Assembly: GCA_964016885.1 (NCBI GenBank) | Contig: OZ024743.1 | Span: forward strand, 323,826,001-323,890,000 | From: Eledone cirrhosa | Taxonomy: Eukaryota | Length of the DNA stretch: 64,000 nt | Direction of reading: 5' to 3' | Part shown: positions 12,264 through 23,811 of the stretch, piece by piece | Layout of the letters: every line of letters starts with the position of its first letter | Position numbering within the stretch: position 1 is the first letter of the stretch | Program-made: the position numbers and the translations under genes | Notes under the pieces: model-generated | Database searches by the model: none | The model's input: the letters and a program-made list of their open reading frames with translations, nothing else | What the model was told of the DNA's origin: nothing

Positions 12264-15200
12264 TTTTAGCCATTCTGCAAAAAAAATAATAAAATATATA
12301 TATAATAATGACTTAAACATTTTTTTTTCAGATAATGATTTTTTTAATTATAATTTTTATAACAACAACAGTAGTAATAATAATTGTTTCCAATTTTGGC
12401 ACAAAGTCAACAATTTTGTGAGGAAGAGGAAAGTTGATTATTCCAAACCAAGTAATTTACTGGCACTTTATTTTATCAACACCAGAAGAATGAAAGACAA
12501 GGTTGACTATGGCAAGATTTGAACTCAGAAAATAAAGAACCAAAACAAACACTGCAAAACATTTGGCCAATACTTTAATGATTCTGTTAATAATAAGAAT
12601 AAAAGAATTTTTAAAAGATATACAGATAAATTGTAAAATGAAAAAATTCTAAACAAACAACAGCACCACCAGGATTGAAACAGTCGGAAAACTAAACATG
12701 TTACAAGGCACTACCTATGGTTTTAAAATCATTTTGAAAATAATGAAGTATTGAGAGTGATATAAATATTTAGTAATATAAATAATTGATGTTTGAAATA
12801 TAACTTTACAAAGGTTCTTAAATATAAACACTTTAACTCTTTTGTTACCATATTTCTAATGAAGGAAACTAGGGATATCAGGTAATTTTGAAAATAATCA
12901 ATAATTTGGAGCAAATCTTTCCATAAATTAACCAGTATTTGAAACATAATTTCACAAATGTTCTTACATGAAATTATTGTGAACGTTCTTTTTTTAATGA
13001 TAAATACAAATACTTTTCACTACCAAATTTATGTTAAAAGACACTGCCTATAATTTTGAAAATGGTCAAGAAATTGGCAAGATTTATTTTAAAAAAATAA
13101 CTTTTTCCTAATTTAACTGTTGTTTGAAACATAACTTAACGAAAGTTCTTACTTAAAATTATAGGGGACAATTTTTTTTTTTAAAGATAAATATAAGCAT
13201 TTTAACTCTTTTGCTACCATATTTATAATGAAAGCCACTGACTATCATTTTCAAATAATTTTGAAAATAATCAAGAATTTGGAAGAATTTAGAAATATGT
13301 TCTCATAATTTTGCTGGTGTTTGAAACATAACTTAACAAAGGTTCATACATAAAGCTGTGGTGGAGGGATTTTTAGATAAATATAAACATTATAAAACAA
13401 ACAGTTTTGAATCACATGATGCGATATTTGACCCGAGGTCATACCTTAGATACTCCCACTATTGGACCCTAGTAGCTACTCTCTGAATCCCACCTATACT
13501 GCCTCTACTAACACTTCTTAGCTATCCCCTCCATTACACCTATAGCTTCCCATTTCCTGCATTGGTGAGTGCCATCCCCACCACTTCAGTGTTCTCATCT
13601 CCATGAAAAATAAAGGGCCGAGAGGATTCTTTAATGGTGCCATGATATGGCAACCTCTCTAGTGTTGGTGATCTACACAATAAATGCAACCAGTACATGC
13701 TATAAAGTGGTTGGTGATAGGAAGGGCATCCATCCACAGAAAGCTTGCCAAACAATGGGTTGGGAAGACCCTTCAGTCATATCAAGGACTTGACAGCCTC
13801 CTAGTATTGGTGATCTACATGATAAACAAACTCAGAACAAGCTGTAAAATGGTTGATGATAAGAAGAGCATCCAGCTGTAGGGAGCAAGCATGCCAAACA
13901 AAGGGTTGGGAAGACCCTTCAGTTTTGTTGAAGACATGACAACCTCTCCTCTCCACTCAGTAGAATGTGTGAGACCACACATGAAATAAAAACACCTTAC
14001 CCTGCCCAGAAGGTCATTAGCCCTGCTTCAGTATTGACTTGATCTATGCAAACCCGTCCAACTTTTGATAATAGAGAAAGCGGATATTAACATGATGATG
14101 ATGATGAGGAGGATGGTAGTGGTATGCAATATTGTTAGCCAGCTGAGATTTAATTGATCTCTGTTATAAATTCATACAAAACCATTATTGTACAATTGTG
14201 CTAGAGAACAATTTAAGTGCTTTATAAACTATTTAAGTGCTTACAAGTGTGTTCTGGTTTATGTGTAATTATCATTAAAGTGAAATAACTTTCAAATGTC
14301 TTATTTCACTCCTTGGGTACCACTAGAACAATAGAAAACACTTTAATTGGATTGAAGGTTTAAACAAAAAAATGTGAAGATATAATGAAAAATAATTAAG
14401 TACTTGATATAAAAACTGTGAGGACATGTGCTCGAGTGGTTAGAGTGTTAGACTTATGATCATAAGGTCATAGATTTCATTCCTAGACCAAGCAGTGCAG
14501 TGTTCTTCAGCAAGACACTTATTTCACATTGCTTCTCATGAGAGGAATGGAGCCCCCCTATCGTTAAAATACTCAAGAAATGTTCTATGAGATACAATCT
14601 TGTAACAGACCAGCTAAATCTGCTTAGGTGTAAGCTGTAACAACATAAACATGTGTGTGTAAGATAGGATTAAGATCCTATAATTCAAATGCCCCAGAAA
14701 CCTCCTATGAGATCCCAAGCACCACAACAAAATATACCCAGCCCAATTTTTTAAAGTGATAGTGCTGGTGCCATGATAAAATGCACCCAGTTCACACTGT
14801 AAAGTGGATGGCATTAGGAAGGGTATATGGCTATAGAAATCATGATAAAAATGGAATGTATGAGTAGGATGTGGACATCCCCAACCTGTCTGGTCTCAGA
14901 CCTTGACAACCCATCTAACACTTGTTAGCAAGAAAAGCAGATGTAAAACAATGATGATAACACACACACACACATTTAGTATTAGCATAGATTAAAAGTT
15001 TAAGCAAACAATTTCTCCGTTCACCCTATACAGGAGCTCCTGAAACAGATATATATCAATCTGTAAATGCAAATATAAATATTTTGAAAATATTACAAGC
15101 AAATATTGCCTATAAAAATAGAAAGACATCATGGCAACATGTAAAAATGTTCAATAGAGTTACAGCCATATACGATTATATTAGATTTATGGTGGTCATT

Positions 15201-15512
15201 AGAGTATTGGATATTTGTTTCATGTCTCTGCTTTCCAAGTTCAGCTCCTACTGAGGTCTACTTTGCTGTTCATCCTTTTGCGGGTTGATAAAGAATGTAC
15301 CAGCCTAGTGCTGGAGTAGCACACTCTCCCTTTCAATCCAGCTGTCCCATTCTAGATGTTCGACTGGATCAAAAGAAGGAGCAGTGAGAGGGTGTTTGTG
15401 TTTGCTAGCAACTTCATGGACACATAAAACTCTTAGTGAAAGCATACTATATAATAGCAAGTCATACTTGATTGTGAGTAATGGCTGTATTTTTTAAATT
15501 TTATAATAGTTA

Positions 15513-15697
15513 CTAGCTGGCCCAGTGCAGTAACAAATGATGGCTAATTGTAATATCTATTGTAATATCTAAAGAGACGTTTGTTTGTTGGTTGGTTGGT
15601 TCCTTTGCGCTCATTCACACAAGTGATACAAACACACTAACACACCCATTCCTTCCTCAGCCAACAGGCAAATACACACGGCTATTATATTAGTAGA
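15513..15697 (-). mobile_element. Putative mini non-autonomous Helitron
   Basis: Minus strand A|TCTACTAATATAATAG...CCAGCTAG|T: TC 5' end, CTAG 3' end, between A and T; the subterminal hairpin is weak. Confidence 0.45.
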
Positions 15698-15727
15698 TAC
15701 TGGAGGTTACAAAAATAGGTATACACC

Positions 15728-16170
15728 AATTGTTTCTACTTTTGGCACAAGGCCAGCAATTACCCAGTTCATTACTGGTACTTTATTTTATCGACCCGGT
15801 AAGGATGAAAGGCAAAGTTAACCGTGGCTGGATTTGAACTCAGACTGTAAAGGGACGTAACTATGCTAGAAAGCATGGCGTCCGACCCTCTACCGATACT
15901 GCCAATATACAGTAATGAAAAACAAAATGTGTGCAAAAAACATTAAATGAATCCTAGCACCACTATTATATTACTGGTAGAGCATCGGACACCATGCTTC
16001 ATAGCATGGAGTTACAGCCCTTTGCGTTCTGAGTTCAAATCCTGCTGAGGTTAGCTTTGCCTTTCATCCTTACAGGGTTGATAAAATAAAGTACCAGTAA
16101 TGCACTGGGCGGATTTAATTGACTTTCCCCTCCCCTAAAATTGTTGGTGTTGTGTCTAAATAAGAACCAA
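15728..16170. mobile_element. Two family-A SINEs in inverted, head-to-head orientation
   Basis: 15728-15905 (minus) and 15975-16170 (plus) are near reverse complements. Confidence 0.8.
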
Positions 16171-16586
16171 TATATTACTGGTAATACTGATATAATTTTT
16201 ACTGAATACCTACTTTTGCAGCCCCCCTGTGTATATAAGATCAGGATGCATGAATATACAAGAATGAAAGACCACCTATATGGAGTTTAGGAACTGACAA
16301 ATTATTTTCTGAGAAAGAATGAATAGCCCCATAAAACATCTGTTCCGGCAAAGAAAACCATCAACAAATTAAAATAGCCCCAGGAGGGTAGGGAGAGACA
16401 GGGAGGGTCAGTGAGATCAAACATCTCTGAGAGTAGGGTGGATAAGGTAGAAATTAACTGTAAACATTGGCCTCTGATGAAGTAATTGAGATAGGGAGTA
16501 GCGTCCCCCATCCCCCAAAAGTGTGCATGTTTGCATGTACACACCCACACACACTATGTGGTGTGGGCGACGTGCGTTTGTGAGTG

Positions 16587-16627
<41 letters not shown>

Positions 16628-16816
16628 ACGCACATGTTTGCATGTACTCAGTGACAAACACATCACACTGTGTATGTGTGTGCATATATATACATACATA
16701 TATACACACACACACACACACATGCATATTGGACATAAGCACAGTGTGTGTAGGTGTGTGTCAGATACATGTGTGGGTCTGTGTAAGATATACATATGTG
16801 GGGGTATATATAAATA

Positions 16817-16877
<61 letters not shown>

Positions 16878-17031
16878 AGGGCAGGGAGGGTGACAGTAAA
16901 AGAGATAATGAACAAGACAACAACAACAACACCAAGACTATTGCAGCTGTTTGAATGGCAACACATTTCTCAGTGAAACAGTTAAGAACTGATAAAGTTA
17001 CTCCTCCTCCTCCTTGGTTCAACACAGCTGA

Positions 17032-17430
17032 GGAATAGAGGGGGTAGCAGAGAGGTGTAGGGTGAGTAGTGGGGAATAGAGGGGGTAGCAGAGAGGTGTA
17101 TGGTGAGTAGTGGGGAATAGATGGGCTTAGTAGAGGGGTGTAGGGTGAGTAGTGGGGAATAGAGGGGGTAGCAGAGAGGTGTAGGGTGAGTAGTGGGGAA
17201 TAGAGGGGGTAGCAGAGAGGTGTAGGGTGAATAGTGGGGAATAGAGGGGGTAGCAGAGAGGTGTAGGGTGAGTAGTGGGGAATAGAGGGGGTAGCAGAGA
17301 GGTGTAGGGTGAGTAGTGGGGAATAAAGGGGCTTAGTAGAGGGGTGTAGGGTGAGTAGTGGGGAATAGAGGGGGGTAGCAGAGAGGTGTAGGGTGAGTAG
17401 TGGAGAATAGAGGGGGGTAGCAGAGGGGTT
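17032..17430. repeat. G-rich 41-42 bp minisatellite, ~10 copies
   Basis: Unit GGGGAATAGAGGGGGTAGCAGAGAGGTGTAGGGTGAGTAGT; starts at 17071, 17112, 17154. Confidence 0.9.
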
Positions 17431-18289
17431 TGGGGGTAAATATGGGGGGGGTATAGAAAAGGAGGAAGGCAGTAATGGGTGGTAGGGTGAGAGGGGAACA
17501 GGGTAGAAAATGGGTGGGAAAGTGATCATATGTCCAATTAATTCCAAATCAACAGATTCTTTCTTAGAAAGAAACAAAAGAGTTGGTAAAAGGAAACCCA
17601 TGGAAGCGTGTGTGTATGATTGTGTGTGAGTGTGTGTGTGTGTGTGATGGGAGTGAATGATTGTGAGAGTGATTGTGTGTGTGTTCTTTAATTCTTTTAA
17701 TTTTTACTGGTTTTAGTCATTAGATTGTGATGATGAAGAGGGGGGGGGTCACCACCTGGATTTAGTAGATAGTTAAAGTGAGGGCTATTGATACAAACAA
17801 TTAGTTACATGATATTTGTTCTAAGTTTGATATTTTTTTTTTTAAATCATGGTTGTACAACACATGGACAAAATATATATAGAAACATAGAGATGCAGTG
17901 TCAAAAATTATATATAAATATACACTATCTTCTTCATTTTACATCTGAGTTCCATACTAGCATGGGTTGGATGGATTGTCACCATCTGTGACTAGACACG
18001 TCAGAGAGACCTCAACATGCTCATACATTCCATATTTGGCATGGTTTCTACAGCTGGATGCCCTTCCTAGCACCAATGACCTTACAGAATGTACTGGGTA
18101 TATTTTATCAAGGTACCAGCACTACAGAGATTGTCTTATGTTTGGCAAAACTGGTGAGTTCTCTCTAACCTATACTGCTTCTGTACCAATTACTTGATAG
18201 AGTGTACAAGGTGTATTTTATTATGAAATCAGCACTTATGGCATTTCAGTGGGCCTTGAATCCAGGCATTTGAGCATCTCATATACAGA

Positions 18290-18570
18290 GCACATGACAA
18301 ATATCTTTGTCAGGTATTATGTCAAATAGTACACAGACAGACAGGTACCATTCCTTGCAGTGATAAAACGATAAAAGCTCTCCTGTATCCTCTTAAGCAT
18401 CCAACCCAATGCTCTATCCTAAAGCATCCTCCAGAGTACAAATGAAGGAGGGCTAAGAAAATCCTAGTTCAATAACATCAAGGCCTGGAAAGGACTCAAC
18501 ATTGCAACCCTTCTGTTTTTGATAGAAGACAGAGATCAGAGCCAAATGCTGACGGTTAAATCTAGGGTGA
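18290..18570 (+). mobile_element. Degenerate RTE LINE 3' fragment
   Basis: Broken translation resembling SILQ..EGG..RKS..NNIKAWKGL...EDR. Confidence 0.5.
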
Positions 18571-18881
18571 CCCCCTCCCCCCCAAAAAAACCCAGCCGGC
18601 TGCACTAGTTATCAGAAGATAAGAATGATATTTTGTATATTATCAACATCTTTTCTACCAAGTTGTTCTCCATAATATATGAAGGTTGGTCTTGCAGATA
18701 TGACTTTGTTATATGTAACTAAACTAAAGCAATGTACAGAGAAGGGCGTGGGATAGATACCAGATGTTAAGTGTCTATGTATGTGTGTGCCTATGTATGT
18801 ATGGATATATATATATATTCATCATCATCAACAGATGATGATAGATATATTTATATTCACATATACATATAATATATATAC

Positions 18882-19195
18882 ACTAGGGTGAGTAAAAAGT
18901 TTTTTCATATTTCAAACTTTAATTAATAGTGAAAATAAATTACATATAAAAAGCATTCATTCATCAACATATATCCCATCATATTCTATTGTTTGTTTCC
19001 CATTTCCACATTTATACTATTTGGCTGGTTTAGAGGTAAAACCTCCCTGTACTCATTTTCAACCTTATCTACAGTGTTGAATCTTTGTCTGCACAAGAAA
19101 TGAGCCATGGCTTGGAAAAGGTGGTACTCTGATTGATGGTGCAAGGTCTGTACTGTAGGCTGTATGAGACAGTACTCCCAGCCCCTCAAGTTTGT
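18882..19195 (-). pseudogene. Mariner transposase C-terminal remnant with probable right TIR
   Basis: VLSHTAYSTDLAPS/(frameshift)EYHLFQAMAHFL..QRF...IEYDGIYVDE*, matching mariner HPPYSPDLAPSDYHLF; end sequence AGGGTGAGTAAAAAG. Confidence 0.8.
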
Positions 19196-19202
19196 GTGCT
19201 AG

Positions 19203-19575
19203 GTGCTTTTAGTTGTGACACCTACACGACCACCTTACAGTGTGGGCTGGGTGCTTTTAGTTGTGACACCTACACGACCACCTTACAGTGTGGGCTGGGT
19301 GCTTTTAGTTGTGACACCTACACGACCACCTCACAATGTGGGCTGGGTGCTTTTAGTTGTGACACCTACACGACCACCTTACAGTGTGGGCTGGGTGCTT
19401 TTAGTTGTGACACCTACACGACCACCTTACAGTGTGGGCTGGGTGCTTTTTGTCGTGACACCTACACGACTACTTTACAGTGTGGGCTGGGTGCTTTTTG
19501 TCGTGACACCTACACGACTACTTTACAATGTGGGCTGGGTGCTTTTTGTCGTGACACCTACATGACTACTTTACA
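19203..19575. repeat. 48-bp tandem repeat, ~8 copies, expanded from the RTE 3' module
   Basis: Unit GTGCTTTTAGTTGTGACACCTACACGACCACCTTACAGTGTGGGCTGG; explains the 16-aa repeats of ORF 19133-19648. Confidence 0.9.
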
Positions 19576-21184
19576 CACTACCCATGCAAGCATGGAAAAA
19601 ACAGAAGTAAAAATGATGATGATGATACACACACACAAGTCTATGTAGGCTCATTCTATTTATATGTGATACCCCATTGAAATAGTTGTTTCTTAAAAAT
19701 GATTGTTTCTCATCAGTAGTGGCTTTTGAACTTTGTCTTAATCAAATATTATTGTTCCTCACATAATTAGTATATCTTTATAATCTAATTATTGTTAGCA
19801 GGTAAAAGTACAGGGAAAAACTAAATTAATCTTGATAAGGATTTAACTTTTAACATCCTGCAATAAATTAGCAGAAAATATCTGAAAACAGATTCAAATG
19901 TTTATAGTAACTTTACTAGTGGTCAGATATTTGTTGTATAAATTTGCAGTATTAGAGAAAAGACTTTCATATCAAATGTGATGATGTTGCATATGTGAGG
20001 TTGTTAATTAACTCTTAACATCTTGTTATGATTTAGCAGAAAATGACTAAAAAAGAAATAGGCTTGTTAACCCTTTTGGTAACAAACTGACACAGGCCTT
20101 GGATTTATGACACAAAGCTGTTTGTTTTAGGATGTTTATTTGAAAGCCATGTAAAGGTGTGTGGCTTTGTGGTTAGAGTATTTGGCTTACAATCGTAAGG
20201 TTGTGAGTTTGATTCCCAGTAGCACATTGTATTCTTGAGCAAAGATCTTTTATTCATGTTGCAATGACTGCAACCAACCCGAGTTTGCAGTGTAGGTTCT
20301 TAGTAAAGTCCATAATGACTTTCATCTCACTAGAATTCACATTGAAGCATGTTATAGGATTCTCACTCTGTACCATAAATATTCTACTACACACATACAT
20401 ATATATATATATATATACACACATTCTGCTATACAATATATATATTAGCATGGAAGATAGACGTTAAACGATGATGATGATATATATATATATTCATCAT
20501 TATCCTTTTATGTCTGTTGTTCCACGCTTGCATGGTTTGGACAGGTTCTTCTCAGTACAGCCTCTGTCCACTTGTTACATTCCTTTGTGAGCTTCAGCGA
20601 TCTGAGATCAGCTCTCACCACTTCCATCCAGGTTTTCCTTTACTGTGGCTTCCTTCCACTTGACACTTCTTCACCAGCAATCATCATGTATATCACATGT
20701 CCATATCAATGCAGTCTCCTCTCCTGCACACTATTGATTCCTACTATAAATATATGTATTATGCTGGGGCCTTGATAAAATGCACCCAGTACACTCTGCA
20801 AAGCGGTTAGTGTTGGAGCCAAAACATGGTATGAGCATGACATGGTTATCTGACCATGTCTCTGACTGTAAGGACCCATCCAACCCATCCCAACATCTAA
20901 AAATAGATGACTGATACAGATGTATGATCATCATGATGATACAGACATCATCATCATCATCATTTTACGTCCGCTTTTCCCTGCTTGCAAGGGTGGGAAC
21001 AACATAGATATACAAATAATTTATGAATATACATATACTTATAAATTACAAAATATATGTACACTTATACACCTATATAATTTCCCCAAAACAGCTGACT
21101 GAATATACATATGCCCCCCCCCCCCCCCCCGTTCCTTCTCTCTTTCCCACTACCTTTCTATTTCATCTTTTATTTCTGATTCTA

Positions 21185-21222
21185 TCTTCTGATGAAAGAC
21201 TAATGTCTGAAACATAAAAACT
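21185..21222 (+). ncRNA. Degenerate minimal hammerhead ribozyme motif
   Basis: tctt-CTGATGA-a-AGAC taat GTCT-GAAAC-ata-aaaa; core and stem II present, stems I and III damaged. Confidence 0.45.
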
Positions 21223-22478
21223 CTTTTCCTACTGTATCAAACATGAAACTAACATATTTCTTCATTGTACAGAGTTGTTTGCTTTGTTTGCGTTTACTTT
21301 TTGCATATATATATATATCATCATCATCATCAACGTTTAACGTCTATCTTCCATGCTAGCATGGGTTTGGACGGGGATTGTCCTACTTGAGGCAAGATTG
21401 GTCAGGTGAGCATGTCTCGCTCGTATAGGGCTGTCTGGCAGGTTTTCTACGGCTGGATGCCCTTCCTAACACCAATCATGTTTACAGTGTATATATATAT
21501 ATGTGCCTGTATGGTTTTTAAAAAAAAATATGTGTATGCACATATAGGTAATGAAATGAAAAGGAGAAGAAAAAGGAATGAAAGTGAACAGAAAAACCAA
21601 ACAAAAATATTGGAGAGGGAGGATAGAAGTTAAGTTTAATGATGTGGTAAGTCAATATAGTGGTATATATATGTTCCATTGAATTGATTGTTCAGGTGAA
21701 TGTCATTAATGCAAACTATTTATTATTACAAAGAATTAATTATCAATACAAAAACTGAATTAAGAGCACAATATCACTCCTTACAGGTCTGATCTAGTTT
21801 TTAAAACAATACAATTATTTATAAAGTATACATAGGATATTCTATTATACACCATCAAAGAGAGAAAACTAAAATGTTGTTGAAATTTAATTAGAAAAAA
21901 CGGTTTACAAAGATTTAACCATTTTGTTACTATATTTCTAATGAAATACGTGGGCAATGTGCTGGAATTAATTTTGAAAATGATAAAAAATTGACAGGAA
22001 TTTAATAAAATAACCAACTTTTTCATGAGTAAGCTGCTGTTTGGAATATAATGTAAGAAATAATTTCTGGAGGAATTTAATAAAAACCAACATTTTCATG
22101 AGTAAGCTGATGTTTAAAACATTACGTAACAAATGAATTTTTATATAAAATTATGAGTGAAGGTTTTAATATATATAGGGATAAATGAAAAACATTGAGA
22201 AAAACAAAGTGAGAGTGTATAGAGACTAGCAGCCAGTGGTCAGAGAGACAATCCACGAGGTGTGTGACAGGCAGATGAAATATAAAAAAGATTGAAAGGG
22301 TAAGAGGACAAGGAAAAATGTGTTGGTGCATAGAAGTGACTGGAAGATTCTATATTTCAGCTGCTTGTCACCCACCTCCTGGATTGTCTTTTTGTTGACC
22401 ACTGGCCGCTTGTCTCTGTCTTCTGAGGCATTTTTAACAGCTGTTCTAGCGATGAGTTTTTTCATTTTTATATGTATA

Positions 22479-23055
22479 CTAGCAGGGGTACCCGGCGTTG
22501 CACAGGATAAGGTATTTTGGAATGCGGGCCGCCAACAAACCTAATTGTGGAAAAACTGCATGCCTGGACAATATGTAAAGAAAATAAACAGAATACTCTG
22601 ATGGCTGGATAATCTTTAAAATTTTCCTCGATGAAGCAGGAAAAATGCAGGTTTTCACCTAATGTGGACCCTAGGGGATCAAGAAAATGAATTTTTTTAT
22701 GTGCATAATAGGCCTTGAAATTTCGGGAAATCGGCTAGACGTAACGTCTCAAAAAAGCCCTAAAAAGCTGAAAAAATGAAGTTTTTCACCTAATGCGGGC
22801 CCTAGGCCATAAAAAAGTTGGATTTTCTTAGCTCACGGTATGAAGAAGAGACTGACTAATAGATAGTTACAATTTCAAGGAAATCGGTCTGATGTAACGC
22901 CTCAAAAAAACCCTAAAAAGCTGAAAAAAACGCAGTTTTTCACGTAATGCGGCCTCTAGGGGGATCAAAAAGTTGAATTTTTTTATGTGCATAAGTAATA
23001 CACATGTAAAGTTTGAAAAAGATTGGTTGGGTACTTCACACACACAGACATCCTC
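22479..23055 (-). mobile_element. Non-autonomous Helitron-like element with internal direct repeats
   Basis: Minus-strand 3' end CCTGTGCAACGCCGGG (hairpin remnant), 8 nt, CTAG|T; three copies of GTTTTCACCTAATG.GG.CC.TAGG and two of GGAAATCGG...CCCTAAAAAGCTGAAAAAA; locally CpG-rich. Confidence 0.6.
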
Positions 23056-23250
23056 AGACATCAAAGGTTTAATGGAAAGCATAATGAATGGGAAAGGAAG
23101 AAGAGGAAAACCAATAATTACATGGATGGCAAATATTAAGAACTGGACAGACTTAAAATATAGGGAATATGTTAGGACAATGTTAGAATGGCCATAAAAC
23201 AATTGCAGTCAAGAACTGGACAGACTTAAAATATAGGGAATGTGTTAGGA
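23056..23250 (+). mobile_element. RTE LINE 3' fragment with a duplicated ~40-bp end
   Basis: IKGLMESIMNGKGRRGKPIITWMANIKNWT; AAGAACTGGACAGACTTAAAATATAGGGAAT occurs twice. Confidence 0.6.
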
Positions 23251-23668
23251 TATTCAACAGGCTGAGAGGTGATGATACATGGCAATGGTGGTGAGGATGA
23301 TGATTATGGTGAAGATGATGATAATGATAGATTTGGTGGTGATGATGACGATATTGGTGTAGTGATAATGATGATGATAATGGTGGTAACGGTAATGGTG
23401 CCGATAATAGTGGTGGTGATAAAGATGATGGTGGTGGTGATAAAGATGATGGTAGTCAAAAGATGAGCAAGATGAGTTAATGATAATTCTAGAGACATTA
23501 AAGAAGAACGATGATTATGGTGAAGGTGATGATGATGATTATGGTGAAGGTGATGATGATGATGATGAAGCTGGTGATGATAATAAGAGTAGTTGTGATG
23601 GTGATGGTGTTGACAGTAATAAAAAGATAAGTGGAATGAGTTAAAAACTAATTATAAGGATATTAAAG

Positions 23669-23701
<33 letters not shown>

Positions 23702-23811
23702 GAAGTTACTTTTTCTTGAAATGAAAAAAGTTGCCATTTAAAACATATATTTTAACAAAGCTAGTTATTGTAGTTCAAAACAAAATAAAACTGAATAAAT
23801 TAGTTACTAGA

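Noticed and set aside
16663-17601. 312-aa Pro-rich ORF
   Set aside because: Product of the 41-bp minisatellite plus (CA)n; unit length is not a multiple of 3.
19133-19648. Cys-rich 16-aa repeat protein
   Set aside because: It is the 48-bp retroelement module, found non-coding elsewhere in the window.
19703-19720. CTGATGA-GAAAC on the minus strand
   Set aside because: No stem II or stem I; chance match.
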